A stretch of DNA of 64,000 nt from Myxococcota bacterium (GTDB lineage Bacteria; Myxococcota_A; UBA9160; UBA4427). The stretch is from NCBI GenBank assembly GCA_041690055.1, contig JBDNFB010000227.1, positions 73,285-137,284 of the forward strand. Direction: 5' to 3'. Position 1 is the first letter of the stretch. Each line of letters opens with the position of its first letter. A model generated the notes under the pieces. It did not search any database. It was not told the origin of the DNA and saw only the letters and a list, made by a program, of their open reading frames with translations. Shown piece by piece: positions 53,907 through 63,795 of the stretch. Made by a program: the position numbers and the translations under genes.

Positions 53907-54850
53907 GCCTCTTCGCCTTACACAACCGCCCTCTGCGGCGGAGCCGAAGCGGCCAGCGCATTGGGTTGGGGCTAGGGACGAATCTGCTGGCGAACCTCGT
54001 TCCGAGCTTCGCGCTCACGCTTCTTATTGCCCTGCCGATCGTTGCCGGCGAGAAAGAGGGCGAACACATTTTTCGTGCGACCGGTGGATGCAGCTGTCAC
54101 ACGAATTACCCAGGCGAGGGTGAGACCGCGCCGATGCTCGCTGGAGGGCGTCCGCTCGAGACGCCCTTCGGCGTGTACTACAGCACGAATATCACGCCGG
54201 ATCTTGAGACCGGAATCGGTGATTGGTCGGATGCTGACTTCATCCGTGCTATGCGCGAAGGCTTGTCTCCGGAAGGCTCGCATTATTTCCCAGTCTTCCC
54301 GTACACCGCATTCTCAGGCCTCACTGACCCTGATCTCCGCGACATGCGTCAGTACCTAACATCCATGCGTGCGATTCGTCGGGAGAACCGTCCACCTGAC
54401 GCTTTATTCCCGTTCTCTTGGCGTGCCACGATTGCGGGCTGGAAATGGTTGAACTTCACGCCGCTGGTGATCGAAACGAATCCCAAGAAGAGCACGGCGT
54501 GGAACAGGGGCAGGTATCTCGTCGAGGCTGCGGCACATTGCGGAGAATGCCATACGCCGCGCACGCTTTCGGGTGGTCTCAATCGTTTCCTATGGCTTGC
54601 GGGATCAAAGGACGGTCCCGAAGGCGAACGGGCGCCTAACATAACGCCGCATAAGGAGACGGGGATTGGGACATGGACGAGGGCAGATCTGGTCTGGTAT
54701 TTGGAGACTGGGATCAAGCCCGACGGCGACGATACGCAAGGGCTGATGTCTGAAGTGATCGAACACGGCTATTCTGCATTGCCGCGTTCCGATCTTGAAG
54801 CGATTGCAGAGTACATCCGCGCGATTCCGGCGATCAAGAACAAACTCTAG
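53903..54850 (+). CDS. di-haem c-type cytochrome
   Basis: Two CXXCH motifs (GGCSCHT and HCGECHTPR). GTGA overlap with the upstream cytochrome gene. Confidence 0.8.
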   Translation: MSLFALHNRPLRRSRSGQRIGLGLGTNLLANLVPSFALTLLIALPIVAGEKEGEHIFRATGGCSCHTNYPGEGETAPMLAGGRPLETPFGVYYSTNITPDLETGIGDWSDADFIRAMREGLSPEGSHYFPVFPYTAFSGLTDPDLRDMRQYLTSMRAIRRENRPPDALFPFSWRATIAGWKWLNFTPLVIETNPKKSTAWNRGRYLVEAAAHCGECHTPRTLSGGLNRFLWLAGSKDGPEGERAPNITPHKETGIGTWTRADLVWYLETGIKPDGDDTQGLMSEVIEHGYSALPRSDLEAIAEYIRAIPAIKNKL

Positions 54851-54894
54851 ATCCCGCAACAGATCCCACGACAGATCATCCCGCGCTCAGATCT

Positions 54895-55524
54895 CTAGCT
54901 CGGAGCGGCTGCCACCTTGAGCCTGACCTTACCACCCGTCACCACCACCTTGAAATCAACACGGTCGCAGCCGAGCTTCTTCTTCGCTGCGGCCTCTTGT
55001 TTGCGCAGCGCCGCCTGGAGCTTTGCCGGCGTGAGGCCGCTGGCGTCCTGGCCTGTGGCCATCATGGCGTCGCGATAGGTCTCGAAGAGATCGTTTCTTC
55101 CATCTGTGCCTGTGGGCCGCGAAGACTTCGCTCCGCCGCCCGGGCCAACAGGTCCGATACCGCGTTCGCGATCATGCAGGTTGGCCTTGAAGACATGCCG
55201 CTTGTACGTGCCGGCCTCAATCTGGCGCAGGATATTGTCCCATTGCCGTTTGAAGGCCTGATAGCGCCCGTTCAGGCTATTGAACTTGAAGCGCTGCGCG
55301 GTGTTGGTGATGCGCATATTGGACCAGCGGATCACGAACTTCTGGACCTCCGCGCGAGCCATGGCGGGCTCGGTCGGCCGGGTGCCGAGGAAATACTTCT
55401 CGTAGTCGAGCTTCAGCTGATTCAGCTTCACCTCGATGATCTTGAGTTCTTCGTCGGGACTGGCCGCTTCCATGGAGATCGGTTCGGCGGTCTCAATGTT
55501 TGGCTTGAAGGGTTTTGACCCCAA
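54895..55524 (-). CDS. conserved-looking hypothetical protein (coiled-coil N-terminal half)
   Basis: 209-aa ORF with good coding character (LKIIEVKLNQLKLDYEKYFLGTRPTEPAMARAEVQKFVIRWSNMRITNTAQRFKFNSL). I cannot name a family with confidence. Confidence 0.55.
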   Translation of the reverse strand: MGSKPFKPNIETAEPISMEAASPDEELKIIEVKLNQLKLDYEKYFLGTRPTEPAMARAEVQKFVIRWSNMRITNTAQRFKFNSLNGRYQAFKRQWDNILRQIEAGTYKRHVFKANLHDRERGIGPVGPGGGAKSSRPTGTDGRNDLFETYRDAMMATGQDASGLTPAKLQAALRKQEAAAKKKLGCDRVDFKVVVTGGKVRLKVAAAPS

Positions 55525-55588
55525 TTGATGCGCCTGGCCGTTTCATCCGGGCGCTGATGCCGCGCCGGCGCAATTTGCATGGACGATG

Positions 55589-55634
55589 CGTCGAGCGTGC
55601 TTTGAGCCTGCAGTTACGTCCAGCACACTCGACG
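55589..55634 (-). terminator. 13-bp-stem hairpin downstream of the hydrolase gene
   Basis: CGTCGAGCGTGCT (55589-55601) pairs with AGCACACTCGACG (55622-55634), one mismatch. No U-tract. Confidence 0.3.
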
Positions 55635-55665
55635 TGGTCAACTGCGATCGTCCCGCACTGGGGAT

Positions 55666-56574
55666 CTAGCCCTTCCGCTTCCGCGGTTCAGAATGATCCC
55701 AATCCGCTAGCAGCGTATTCAGCGCGGTGATCAGCAGCAAAGGCTGATCCAGCATGAGATGATGGCCCGCGAGCGGAATTTCGATCACAGGATGGACTCG
55801 CCCCATCTGCTCGTACATGTACGCGCCGATGTCCTCTGTCACGAGGCCAAACTCACTGCGGAAGAGTGCGAGCCGACACTCCACCTTGGGTAGGTAGGGG
55901 CGCGCGGCGGAGCGGGGATTTTCCTCGAAGGCGCTGAAGGCGAGATGATCGAATTTCCAGCGCCAGCCTTCTTCGTCTTCCACCAGGGAATGCGAGCCGA
56001 CGTGCTTCATGACGTAGTCGAGATAATGTTCCTGCTCGGGGACGGTCCGAAATCGCGCGAGCGCTTCTTCGCGACTCGCGTAGGCCTTCGGTTTACCGAA
56101 CGCGGCGCCCATGCGATGTGCATCGACTTCAGGATCGGGCGCAGTGATCGGCGAGTCGCAAATCACGACGCCAGAAAGCGCATCGGGAAAGAGCCCCGCC
56201 GTCGCAATTGTGACAAACCCGCCCATGCTGTGCCCGATCACGATGGGCTTGCCACCGATCTCTGCGTCTGCCGCGACTGCGATGACTTCCTTTGTCCATC
56301 CCTCGAGACTGTATGTTTTGCGACGATCGCTGTCTCCGTGTCCTGAGAGATCGATTGCTGCGACGCGGTACTTCTTGGCGAACCGCGCAGCGACATGGGT
56401 CCACCAGTGTGCGTGGGCACCGCCGCCATGCACAAAAATCAGGCCGCGCCGTCCCGGTTCACCCCAGGCGAGATAGTGGATCGAGTGGCCGTCGACCTCG
56501 ACGCGCTGATCCTGAAACGGTACGGAGAGCGCCTCTGAGTACCAAACTGGGACGTTTTGGGGCTCGGACTTCAC
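55666..56574 (-). CDS. alpha/beta hydrolase
   Basis: LIFVHGGGAHAHWW, nucleophile elbow GHSMGG, C-terminal AGHHLMLDQP. Confidence 0.85.
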   Translation of the reverse strand: MKSEPQNVPVWYSEALSVPFQDQRVEVDGHSIHYLAWGEPGRRGLIFVHGGGAHAHWWTHVAARFAKKYRVAAIDLSGHGDSDRRKTYSLEGWTKEVIAVAADAEIGGKPIVIGHSMGGFVTIATAGLFPDALSGVVICDSPITAPDPEVDAHRMGAAFGKPKAYASREEALARFRTVPEQEHYLDYVMKHVGSHSLVEDEEGWRWKFDHLAFSAFEENPRSAARPYLPKVECRLALFRSEFGLVTEDIGAYMYEQMGRVHPVIEIPLAGHHLMLDQPLLLITALNTLLADWDHSEPRKRKG

Positions 56575-56589
56575 AGTAATTCCTCGCAG

Positions 56590-57372
56590 CTAAACAAGAT
56601 CAGACTCCGTGTGCTCAGCATTGGGATCGATCTCCAAATAGCGTCCGAGATAATGCACTCCGATATAAAACGGAATCGTGTCGGCAAGGGCGATCGCCAT
56701 CTTGAACAGGTAGCCCGAGCCGATGAAGACCCAGAGCTGCGGCCAGATCGCGACGCTCGGGTCTATCGGAAGCCCCTTCGCGTAGAAATGCGTAATCGTG
56801 ATGACTGCGAAAGAGTCGACGAACTGACTGACTAGCGTCGAGCCGTTATTGCGCAGCCAGAGGTGCTTGCCTTTTGTGAGTCGCTTCCAGAAATGGAAGA
56901 GCGTGACATCACAGAACTGCGCGGTGAGGTAGGCGATCATCGACGCGAAAACGGCGCCCATTGTGAGAAAGCGAATTCGGTAGAAAGCGAAGTCATACGC
57001 GTCGGTCGGTGGGAGGCCGGTCGCGGCCTCAATTGTAGGCGCGGGGGGGAGGGCGCCGCCGAGCCAGAGGAACGCCACGACCCAGAGGTTCAAGAGCAAG
57101 CCGACCCAGACCAGGAAATTTGCGCGCTTCTGTCCGTAGAGCTCTGAAATGAAATCCGTGCACAAGAACGTGACTGGGTAGGGCAAGACGCCAATCGCGA
57201 GAGCCATCGGGATCCGGACGCCGGCGATCTCGAACGAAAGATCAATAAAGCGAGAGATGCCGAGGATATTCAGCATCGTCATTGAGCCCAGGAAGAGGCC
57301 CGCTAGGACGAGATACACGCGTTCCCGGCGCGCATGGAGTTCGCTCGCTTCGATTGGATGAAGATTGCTCAT
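56590..57372 (-). CDS. yhhQ: queuosine-precursor transporter family protein (YhhQ/VUT)
   Basis: Polytopic, with PYPVTFLCTDFISELYG and ...STLVSQFVDSF.... Confidence 0.78.
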   Translation of the reverse strand: MSNLHPIEASELHARRERVYLVLAGLFLGSMTMLNILGISRFIDLSFEIAGVRIPMALAIGVLPYPVTFLCTDFISELYGQKRANFLVWVGLLLNLWVVAFLWLGGALPPAPTIEAATGLPPTDAYDFAFYRIRFLTMGAVFASMIAYLTAQFCDVTLFHFWKRLTKGKHLWLRNNGSTLVSQFVDSFAVITITHFYAKGLPIDPSVAIWPQLWVFIGSGYLFKMAIALADTIPFYIGVHYLGRYLEIDPNAEHTESDLV

Positions 57373-57758
57373 GGGCGCCGGACTCTAGCGGACTCCGCGA
57401 GGCCGTCAGAGCGGTCGGGTCAGCCGAGCGGGTCTGGTGCGGATTACGTCCCGGAGCAGCCGCGCGGTGCACACGGCCCGCAGAAACTTGCGCTCCAGGG
57501 ACCGGTTTTCCGCCTGCTCTGGAATCTTCCGCTGGTACTTCATAAGCACGTGCCTATTACGATAAGTAACTGTGCCTAAAAGCGAAATCGAATTCGAGTG
57601 GGTCAAGCAACACGTTCGCAACTCCGAATGAAACCTGAGCAACACATGGAGTGTTGTCCGGGCAGCTGTGCCCTGAATCCACGGGAGCCCGCGACCGGGT
57701 GTTCTCTGGTTCGATTATCAACGATCACTCGAAAGAGCGAAACGCATGCCCTCGCGGC

Positions 57759-60700
57759 GTGCGCAGTTTTTCAGCGCCTGTTAGGCGACGCGCGGCCTTC
57801 TCGTGGCACTCCGTCTCCTGGCTTTCGATCCTGTTGGCGGTTGTGCTGTTCCTCGCACCGATCTCGGCCATGGCCGGCGTCCCGATCTCGCTCTACCGGA
57901 GTTTCGCCGGCAATCTCGACTACGTAGGTACGGCCGGCTCGCTCCGCGTCGGGAATTGCGGCTCGACGGGTTCGGGTGCGGGCGATCTGAGCGGAATCCC
58001 GTCCGGTGCCACGATTGAAGCGGCCTACCTGTACTGGGCCGGTTCGAGGGACACGATCGATCCCAGCGTCACGCTCTCGACGCCAACACAGTCGAACCTC
58101 CCGATCAACGCTGACCGCACCTTCCAGGAAGACTTCGTCTTCTCCGGCACGCAATACGATTTCTACGCGGGCTTCGCTGACATCACAGAGGAAGTCGATA
58201 GCGGCCGCAACGGCACCTACACGATCTCGAATCTCGACTTCGAAACGGGCCCGCCCTACAGCGATGTCTCGGTGTGCCTCGGCGGTTGGAGCCTCGTCGT
58301 CATCTACGAGTTCACGGGCGAACCACTTCGTGTCGTCAACGTGTTCGATGGCCTGGAGCAATTCCGTCTCAGCGATATCTCGCTCACGGTCGACAATTTC
58401 GTGGTTCCCGCTTCACCCAGAAACGGGAAGCTGGGCCATATCACCTGGGAAGGCGATAGCGCGAACTCGTCCGGTTCGGGCGGCTTCTTCGAAGCGCTGA
58501 CATTCGATGGGACGGTGCTGAGCGACTCGGACAACCTACCCGGTGCCCAGTTCAACTCCGTATCGAACGCCCCCGCGACGACGTCGTTTCCGCCGGGAGT
58601 CGACTTCGACATCTACCCGTTGGATTCCTCGAACCTTTCGACGGGCCAAACCTCCGGCGTCACCGTCTACTCGAGCGGCAACGACCGGGTACTTCTCTCG
58701 GCCGAGATCTTCAGCGTCACGAACACTGCGGTTGCGGATCTCTCGATCGCCAAGAGCGATCCCGGCGCATTCGGCATCGGTCAGAACGGGACTTGGACGC
58801 TCTCGGTCTCGAGCGATGGCCCGAGTATCGATCCCGGCCCGATTGAAGTCACAGACACGCTGCCGGCGGGGACCACCTTTGTCTCGGCCTCGGGCACAGG
58901 CTGGAGCTGCACCGAATCGAGTGGCGTCGTCACGTGTTCGAATGCGAGCGGAATCGCGGACGGGGAGACGCTGCCGCCGATTAGTCTCGAAGTGCATCTG
59001 GATGCCTCGGCTGCGCCTTCCGTTGACAATACGGCGACGGTCGAAGGCACGATCTTCGACAACGTCTCCGGCAATAACAGCGACACGATTACGACCTCCA
59101 TCATCGACGTGGACCTCTCGACCTCGACCAAGGACGTCGTCGACGTCAACGGACTCGATGCCGATCCGGGGGATGTCCTCCGCTACACGATCAGCCTCGT
59201 CGAATCGAATGGGGCCGACGCGACCAGCGTCCAAGTCACGGACGATCTTCCCGCCCACGTTACGGGATTCAACGTCGTCTCTCTGCCGCCCGGGGCGACC
59301 GATGCCTCGATCCTGACTGGGGCGGGTGCGAACGGAACCGGCTACCTGGATATTCAGGACGTCACCGTCCCCGCCTCGGGAAGCGCCGACATCGTCTTCG
59401 AAGTGACGATCGGCAGCGGCACCGCTCCCGGAACGGTGATTCCGAACACCGCGACGATCACGCCGACGAGCGGCACGGGCGCGACGCCTTCGTCACTCGA
59501 CGTCATCGTTTCTGCTTCTTCGCTTCCCAGTTCAGGAAGCAAGCAGCTCTATTTGAGCGATCCGAGCGGTGGGTCGACGGGTGGCCTCTCGCGCACGGCG
59601 CCGAACGGCCTGCCGCCTACTTCGACGACCTCGACCGTCGATATCCAGCCCGGCAATAGCGAGACCTGGACGCTCGTCGAAGCGCTCGCCGCTCCCCTGA
59701 CTCTTTCTGGGGACGATTTTCTCGTCGAGCTTTATCTGCGCCGCAACGGCAACAGCGGGAACTTCCGAAATCGAAATGTCCGAGTCGATGTGGCCTCGAC
59801 TTCGCAGGGCACGATCGCGTCGACGACGCAGACCGTGTCTGTGAACGGTACGACGAACCAACTGGTCACGTTCGCTATGTCGCCCGGCGGCAGTCTCCCA
59901 GCGACGCTTCCCTCGGGCGACGTCGTGACGATGGCCGTCACTTATCTGTCGGGAGGCGGCGCGAACGCCCGGATCCGGGTGACGCCCGCGATCTCCGGCA
60001 CAGGAAACTCGCTCGTCGAACTGAACGCCACCACGGTGATCAACGTCGAGTCGGTCGACTTTTTCGACGCGCTCTATCCCGGCGGCAGCACGCCCCTCGA
60101 CTACTCGCCTAACGACACGGTCACGATCCGCAGCGTCGTCAGTGATCCCTTCGGCGCTTTCGACATCTCCGGCGCGGCCTTCGAGGTTTTCGACCCCACG
60201 AACACTTCGGTCTCGGGTCCAACGTCGATGAACGAAATCGTCGCGCTCGCGACGGCCTCAACTAAAACCTTCGAGGCACAGTATGCGATCGGTGCGGCGC
60301 CGCCGGACGGCACCTGGCGCGTTCTCGTCGTCGCTTCCGAAGGCGCGGAAGGCTCGATCACGCATTCGTCAATCGAGCCCTTCGAAGTCGATAACGGACC
60401 GGACCTCGTTGTCTTCAAGATGGTTGCGGTCGAGCAAGATGGCTTCAACACGGGGCCCACCGCGAAAGCAATCCCGCGAGCAACGGCCATCTATACGATC
60501 GGGATCTCGAATCAGGGCAGCGGAGCTGCCGGCAACGTCGTCGCCTTCGATGACTTGCCCCCCGAAGTCGAACTCTATGTAGACGATTACGTGACGTCGG
60601 GCCCGATCCATTTCGTTCCCGTGTCTTCCGCAAGTCTGATGAGCGTGGACTTCACAACGCTCGACGATCCGGACGACGGCGTCGAGTTCGACGATGGCAC

Positions 60701-60848
60701 GGACACCTGGATTTTGGAGCCCACCCCCGACGGCGACGGATTTGACGAAAGCGTCTCCGCAATCCGCATTCAAACGACCGGCACGCTGCCTGGCTCTACG
60801 GGTACGCCCCCGAGCTTCGAACTGCGTTTCCGCGTGCGGATCAAGTGA
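57759..60848 (+). CDS. large secreted protein: unassigned ~280-aa N-terminal domain plus DUF11/TIGR01451-type repeats
   Basis: GTG 57759 gives signal peptide MRSFSAPVRRRAAFSWHSVSWLSILLAVVLFLAPISAMA. DUF11-type repeat ADLSIAKSDPG...VTDTLPAGTTFVSASGTGWSC...VTC, then a second repeat GDVLRYTISLVESNG...VTDDLP. The track start of 57651 is also possible. Confidence 0.8.
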   Translation: MRSFSAPVRRRAAFSWHSVSWLSILLAVVLFLAPISAMAGVPISLYRSFAGNLDYVGTAGSLRVGNCGSTGSGAGDLSGIPSGATIEAAYLYWAGSRDTIDPSVTLSTPTQSNLPINADRTFQEDFVFSGTQYDFYAGFADITEEVDSGRNGTYTISNLDFETGPPYSDVSVCLGGWSLVVIYEFTGEPLRVVNVFDGLEQFRLSDISLTVDNFVVPASPRNGKLGHITWEGDSANSSGSGGFFEALTFDGTVLSDSDNLPGAQFNSVSNAPATTSFPPGVDFDIYPLDSSNLSTGQTSGVTVYSSGNDRVLLSAEIFSVTNTAVADLSIAKSDPGAFGIGQNGTWTLSVSSDGPSIDPGPIEVTDTLPAGTTFVSASGTGWSCTESSGVVTCSNASGIADGETLPPISLEVHLDASAAPSVDNTATVEGTIFDNVSGNNSDTITTSIIDVDLSTSTKDVVDVNGLDADPGDVLRYTISLVESNGADATSVQVTDDLPAHVTGFNVVSLPPGATDASILTGAGANGTGYLDIQDVTVPASGSADIVFEVTIGSGTAPGTVIPNTATITPTSGTGATPSSLDVIVSASSLPSSGSKQLYLSDPSGGSTGGLSRTAPNGLPPTSTTSTVDIQPGNSETWTLVEALAAPLTLSGDDFLVELYLRRNGNSGNFRNRNVRVDVASTSQGTIASTTQTVSVNGTTNQLVTFAMSPGGSLPATLPSGDVVTMAVTYLSGGGANARIRVTPAISGTGNSLVELNATTVINVESVDFFDALYPGGSTPLDYSPNDTVTIRSVVSDPFGAFDISGAAFEVFDPTNTSVSGPTSMNEIVALATASTKTFEAQYAIGAAPPDGTWRVLVVASEGAEGSITHSSIEPFEVDNGPDLVVFKMVAVEQDGFNTGPTAKAIPRATAIYTIGISNQGSGAAGNVVAFDDLPPEVELYVDDYVTSGPIHFVPVSSASLMSVDFTTLDDPDDGVEFDDGTDTWILEPTPDGDGFDESVSAIRIQTTGTLPGSTGTPPSFELRFRVRIK

Positions 60849-60928
60849 CTCAAGACATTCGCCGGCCGGAAGGCTGGAGGATCAGCATGGCGTCCCGATG
60901 GGTCGCTCATAAATGGGAAGGATCAACA

Positions 60929-61990
60929 ATGAAGAATGCAAGAAGGATTGCGTCGCGCCTATTAGGCGTGTTCGTAATCGGGTTGCTCTTCGGTCCAACT
61001 GCATATGCAGTCGGCACTGGTGCGGGCATCGACATCTCGAATTCGGCTACGGCCACGTTCACTGTGGGCGGCACGCCGTTTACAGAAGATAGCCCCACGG
61101 AAGTGATCCGTGTGGCGGAAGTCCTCGACGTAGAAGTCACGTTGCTGACTGTCACTTCGAACACGAATAACCAAGTTACGGTGGGGCCTGGCGATCACAA
61201 CCAGGTGCTGACGTTCTCGGTGACGAATACCGGTAATGGCAGCGACGAGTATGCGCTTTCCGCACTTAGTGGCCCGGGCTTCAACGGCTCGGGAAGCGAC
61301 ACCTTCGATCCGACGATCGTCGATATCTACTTCGACGACGGAACGACGCCCGGTGTCTTTGATGTCGACGATACCCGCTACGACCCGGGGACGGATGACC
61401 CCACGATTCCGGCCGATGGCTTCATCACGATCCATCTGCTGAATGATGTTGACCTCACGGTTGTGGACGGTGAGCTCGGCGATAGCCAGCTGACGGCGAC
61501 GTCGAATGACCTCGCGCTCTTTCCGGGCGGCGCGGTTGCAGGTGATTCAGTCGTAGGCGCCGGTGATAACACGGGTGACCTCGTGCTGGGTAGCACGGGC
61601 GCGATGGCGGACGAATACGGCACGTACCTCGTTTCGACGCTCCAGTTCGACTTCGACAAGACGTCGACGGTGTTGAACGGCTTCGGTAACGCCGAGCCCA
61701 TCCCGGGTTCGACCGTGACCTACACGCTGACGACGGAAGTCACGGGTTCGGGAACGGCGACTGGCGTTCTGATCACGGATGACGTTCCGGCGAACACCAC
61801 GTATGTCGCGGAGTCGATGACGCTCAATGGTGTCGGTCAGACCGACACTCTTGATCCGGCGACGATCGATGATTCGAATTTCGATCCGGTCGGCGGTCCG
61901 CTTAACAATGGTTCGGTCACGCTCGATCTCGGAGATCTCACTCCGGCGGACAGCGTTCAGACCATCACTTTCCAAGTCACGATTGACTGA
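60929..61990 (+). CDS. secreted DUF11-type repeat protein (353 aa), paralog of 62566-63795
   Basis: GGAAGGA RBS before ATG 60929. Signal peptide ...LLFGPTAYA, then GTGAGIDISNSATATFTV and PGSTVTYTLTTEVTGSGTATGVLITDDVPANTTYV. Confidence 0.75.
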   Translation: MKNARRIASRLLGVFVIGLLFGPTAYAVGTGAGIDISNSATATFTVGGTPFTEDSPTEVIRVAEVLDVEVTLLTVTSNTNNQVTVGPGDHNQVLTFSVTNTGNGSDEYALSALSGPGFNGSGSDTFDPTIVDIYFDDGTTPGVFDVDDTRYDPGTDDPTIPADGFITIHLLNDVDLTVVDGELGDSQLTATSNDLALFPGGAVAGDSVVGAGDNTGDLVLGSTGAMADEYGTYLVSTLQFDFDKTSTVLNGFGNAEPIPGSTVTYTLTTEVTGSGTATGVLITDDVPANTTYVAESMTLNGVGQTDTLDPATIDDSNFDPVGGPLNNGSVTLDLGDLTPADSVQTITFQVTID

Positions 61991-62000
61991 GGGGTTCATC

Positions 62001-62504
62001 ATGATCGATTTCAAGAACGTGCTTAAGAGTTGGATGCTGGTGAGTGCCTGCGTGCTCGCCGCAGGGGTGGCTATTGCAGAAGGTGAAGGCTCGATCGAAC
62101 TCAAGGCGACGGCGCAGAAGGTTGTCGTCGTAATTGAGGAAGATGGAACGGAGCGAACCGAGTTGGTCGCGCCGGAGATCGTCGTGCCGGGCGACATGAT
62201 TGCTTACACGATCGATGCCAAAAACGTCGGCGCGAAAGACGTCGAGCGCGTCGTGATCACGGATCCGATCCCGGAGCAGATGCTCTTGGTGCCGGGTACG
62301 GAGTCTTCGGAAGGGGCGACTGTCCTTTATTCCGTTGATGGTGGCGAGAACTTCGGTCGCGAAGGGGAGCTCACGGTCCTCGGTGCGAACGGGGTTCCGC
62401 GACCTGCGATCAGCACGGACTTCACACATATCCGGTGGGTCTTCGAGACGCCGCTTGCCCCGACTGCGGAGCGATCAGTTCGCTTCGTGGCTCTGGTCGA
62501 GTAG
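62001..62504 (+). CDS. small secreted single-domain DUF11-type protein (167 aa)
   Basis: GAGGGG RBS before ATG 62001. Signal peptide MIDFKNVLKSWMLVSACVLAAGVAIA, then PGDMIAYTIDAKNVGAKDVERVVITDPIPEQM. Confidence 0.72.
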   Translation: MIDFKNVLKSWMLVSACVLAAGVAIAEGEGSIELKATAQKVVVVIEEDGTERTELVAPEIVVPGDMIAYTIDAKNVGAKDVERVVITDPIPEQMLLVPGTESSEGATVLYSVDGGENFGREGELTVLGANGVPRPAISTDFTHIRWVFETPLAPTAERSVRFVALVE

Positions 62505-62565
62505 CGCGACGAACTCGTAAACGACTTGACGAGCCTCGGGTTCGTCACGGAGGAAGGGAAATACC

Positions 62566-63795
62566 ATGCAACGAAATTTGCAGTTCAAACAGGTCGGGGT
62601 CGCGCTTCTTGCGGGATTCCTGCTGAGCCTGATCGCCGCTCCGTCGGCGCTCGCGGCCGGCACTTTGGCCGGGCAGCCGATTCTCAATTCGGCGACGGTC
62701 ACGTACACGGTGGACACGGTCCTCCAAGATGGGATCGAATCTTCGGTCGGAGGTAACAGCACACCGGGCGCCGGGCAAGGTACGCCAACCCGGTTCACGG
62801 TTGATCGCAAGATCGATGTGCAGGTCAGTGAGGTAGGGACTGCGGTCACGACATCGCGACCGAATAGCAACGATCAGGTTCTGACCTTCTTGGTCGAGAA
62901 TCAGGGCAATGACGCCCAGGACTTCGTGCTGACGGCCGTCGACGGATCGGGAAATACGATCACGCTTGGCACCGCCTTCACGGATGACTTCGACGCCACG
63001 CTTTCGCAGACCATCGGCATTTGGCTCGATGACGGCGATAACGCGTTTGACGATACGCTCGATACGGAGATCAGCTACCTGGACGCGTTCCCGGTGGACA
63101 CTCCGACGCGCGTCTACGTCGTACGCGATATCCCCGCGACGCAGGCCAACGGCTCGGTCTCGATCATCACGCTGAACGCGCAGGCGGTCGAGAACTCGGG
63201 TACGTCAGCTGCGCCGGGTGTCGCACTCACCGAGGACACGAGCACGAACGTGCTCGAGGACGCGGTGGGCAGCGAGCAAATCGTCTTCGCGGACGATGAT
63301 GGCACGGCTACGCAGGGCACGGATGCGCTTCGCGATGGTCAGCACTCCGCATCGGATGCGTACTTCGTCGAGTCGGCGCAGCTGTCGATCGGCAAGAGCG
63401 CCACGGTGATTCGAGATCCCTTCGGAAATGCAAACCCGAAGTCGATCCCCGGCTCGATTGTCGAGTACGAAATCACGGTCACGAATGGCAGTGGTGCCGG
63501 TGTCCAGACGGCCACCGGAATCACGATTGCGGATGACCTGAGCTCGGAGATGTCGGGTGCTGCGGGGGGGCCGCGGCTTGCGATCACGTTGGCCGAATAC
63601 GGCACTCAGCTCGCGGGTGAAGACATCGAAGTCGAAACCAACGAAGCCGACGGTTCGACCGTTGTGACTTCGACGGTGACGGCCGCTGCCGACTCGGATG
63701 ACGGGGAATTCGTCTCCGACGCACTGAACTTCGACAACGTGTCTTTGGACGCGGGCGAATTTCTGACGGTGCGCTTCCGAGTCGAGATCCAGTAG
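62566..63795 (+). CDS. secreted DUF11-type repeat protein (409 aa), paralog of 60929-61990
   Basis: GGAGGAAGGG RBS. Signal peptide ...LIAAPSALA, then AGTLAGQPILNSATVTYTV and PGSIVEYEITVTNGSGAGVQTATGITIADDL. Confidence 0.8.
   Translation: MQRNLQFKQVGVALLAGFLLSLIAAPSALAAGTLAGQPILNSATVTYTVDTVLQDGIESSVGGNSTPGAGQGTPTRFTVDRKIDVQVSEVGTAVTTSRPNSNDQVLTFLVENQGNDAQDFVLTAVDGSGNTITLGTAFTDDFDATLSQTIGIWLDDGDNAFDDTLDTEISYLDAFPVDTPTRVYVVRDIPATQANGSVSIITLNAQAVENSGTSAAPGVALTEDTSTNVLEDAVGSEQIVFADDDGTATQGTDALRDGQHSASDAYFVESAQLSIGKSATVIRDPFGNANPKSIPGSIVEYEITVTNGSGAGVQTATGITIADDLSSEMSGAAGGPRLAITLAEYGTQLAGEDIEVETNEADGSTVVTSTVTAAADSDDGEFVSDALNFDNVSLDAGEFLTVRFRVEIQ

Noticed and set aside
54498-54506. Additional parS half-site (TGTTCCACG on the minus strand) inside the di-haem cytochrome gene. 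Similar half-sites occur near 365-380 and 15555-15570.
   Set aside because: Only one arm matches and there is no palindromic partner. This is expected by chance in 64 kb.
57373-57758. preQ1 riboswitch upstream of the yhhQ-family transporter (a common association).
   Set aside because: The minus-strand leader contains CGCUAGAG near the start codon. It lacks the short P1 hairpin followed by the A-rich ...AAAAAACUA tail of preQ1-I, and I cannot fold a preQ1-II or preQ1-III-like structure. This needs cmscan to settle.
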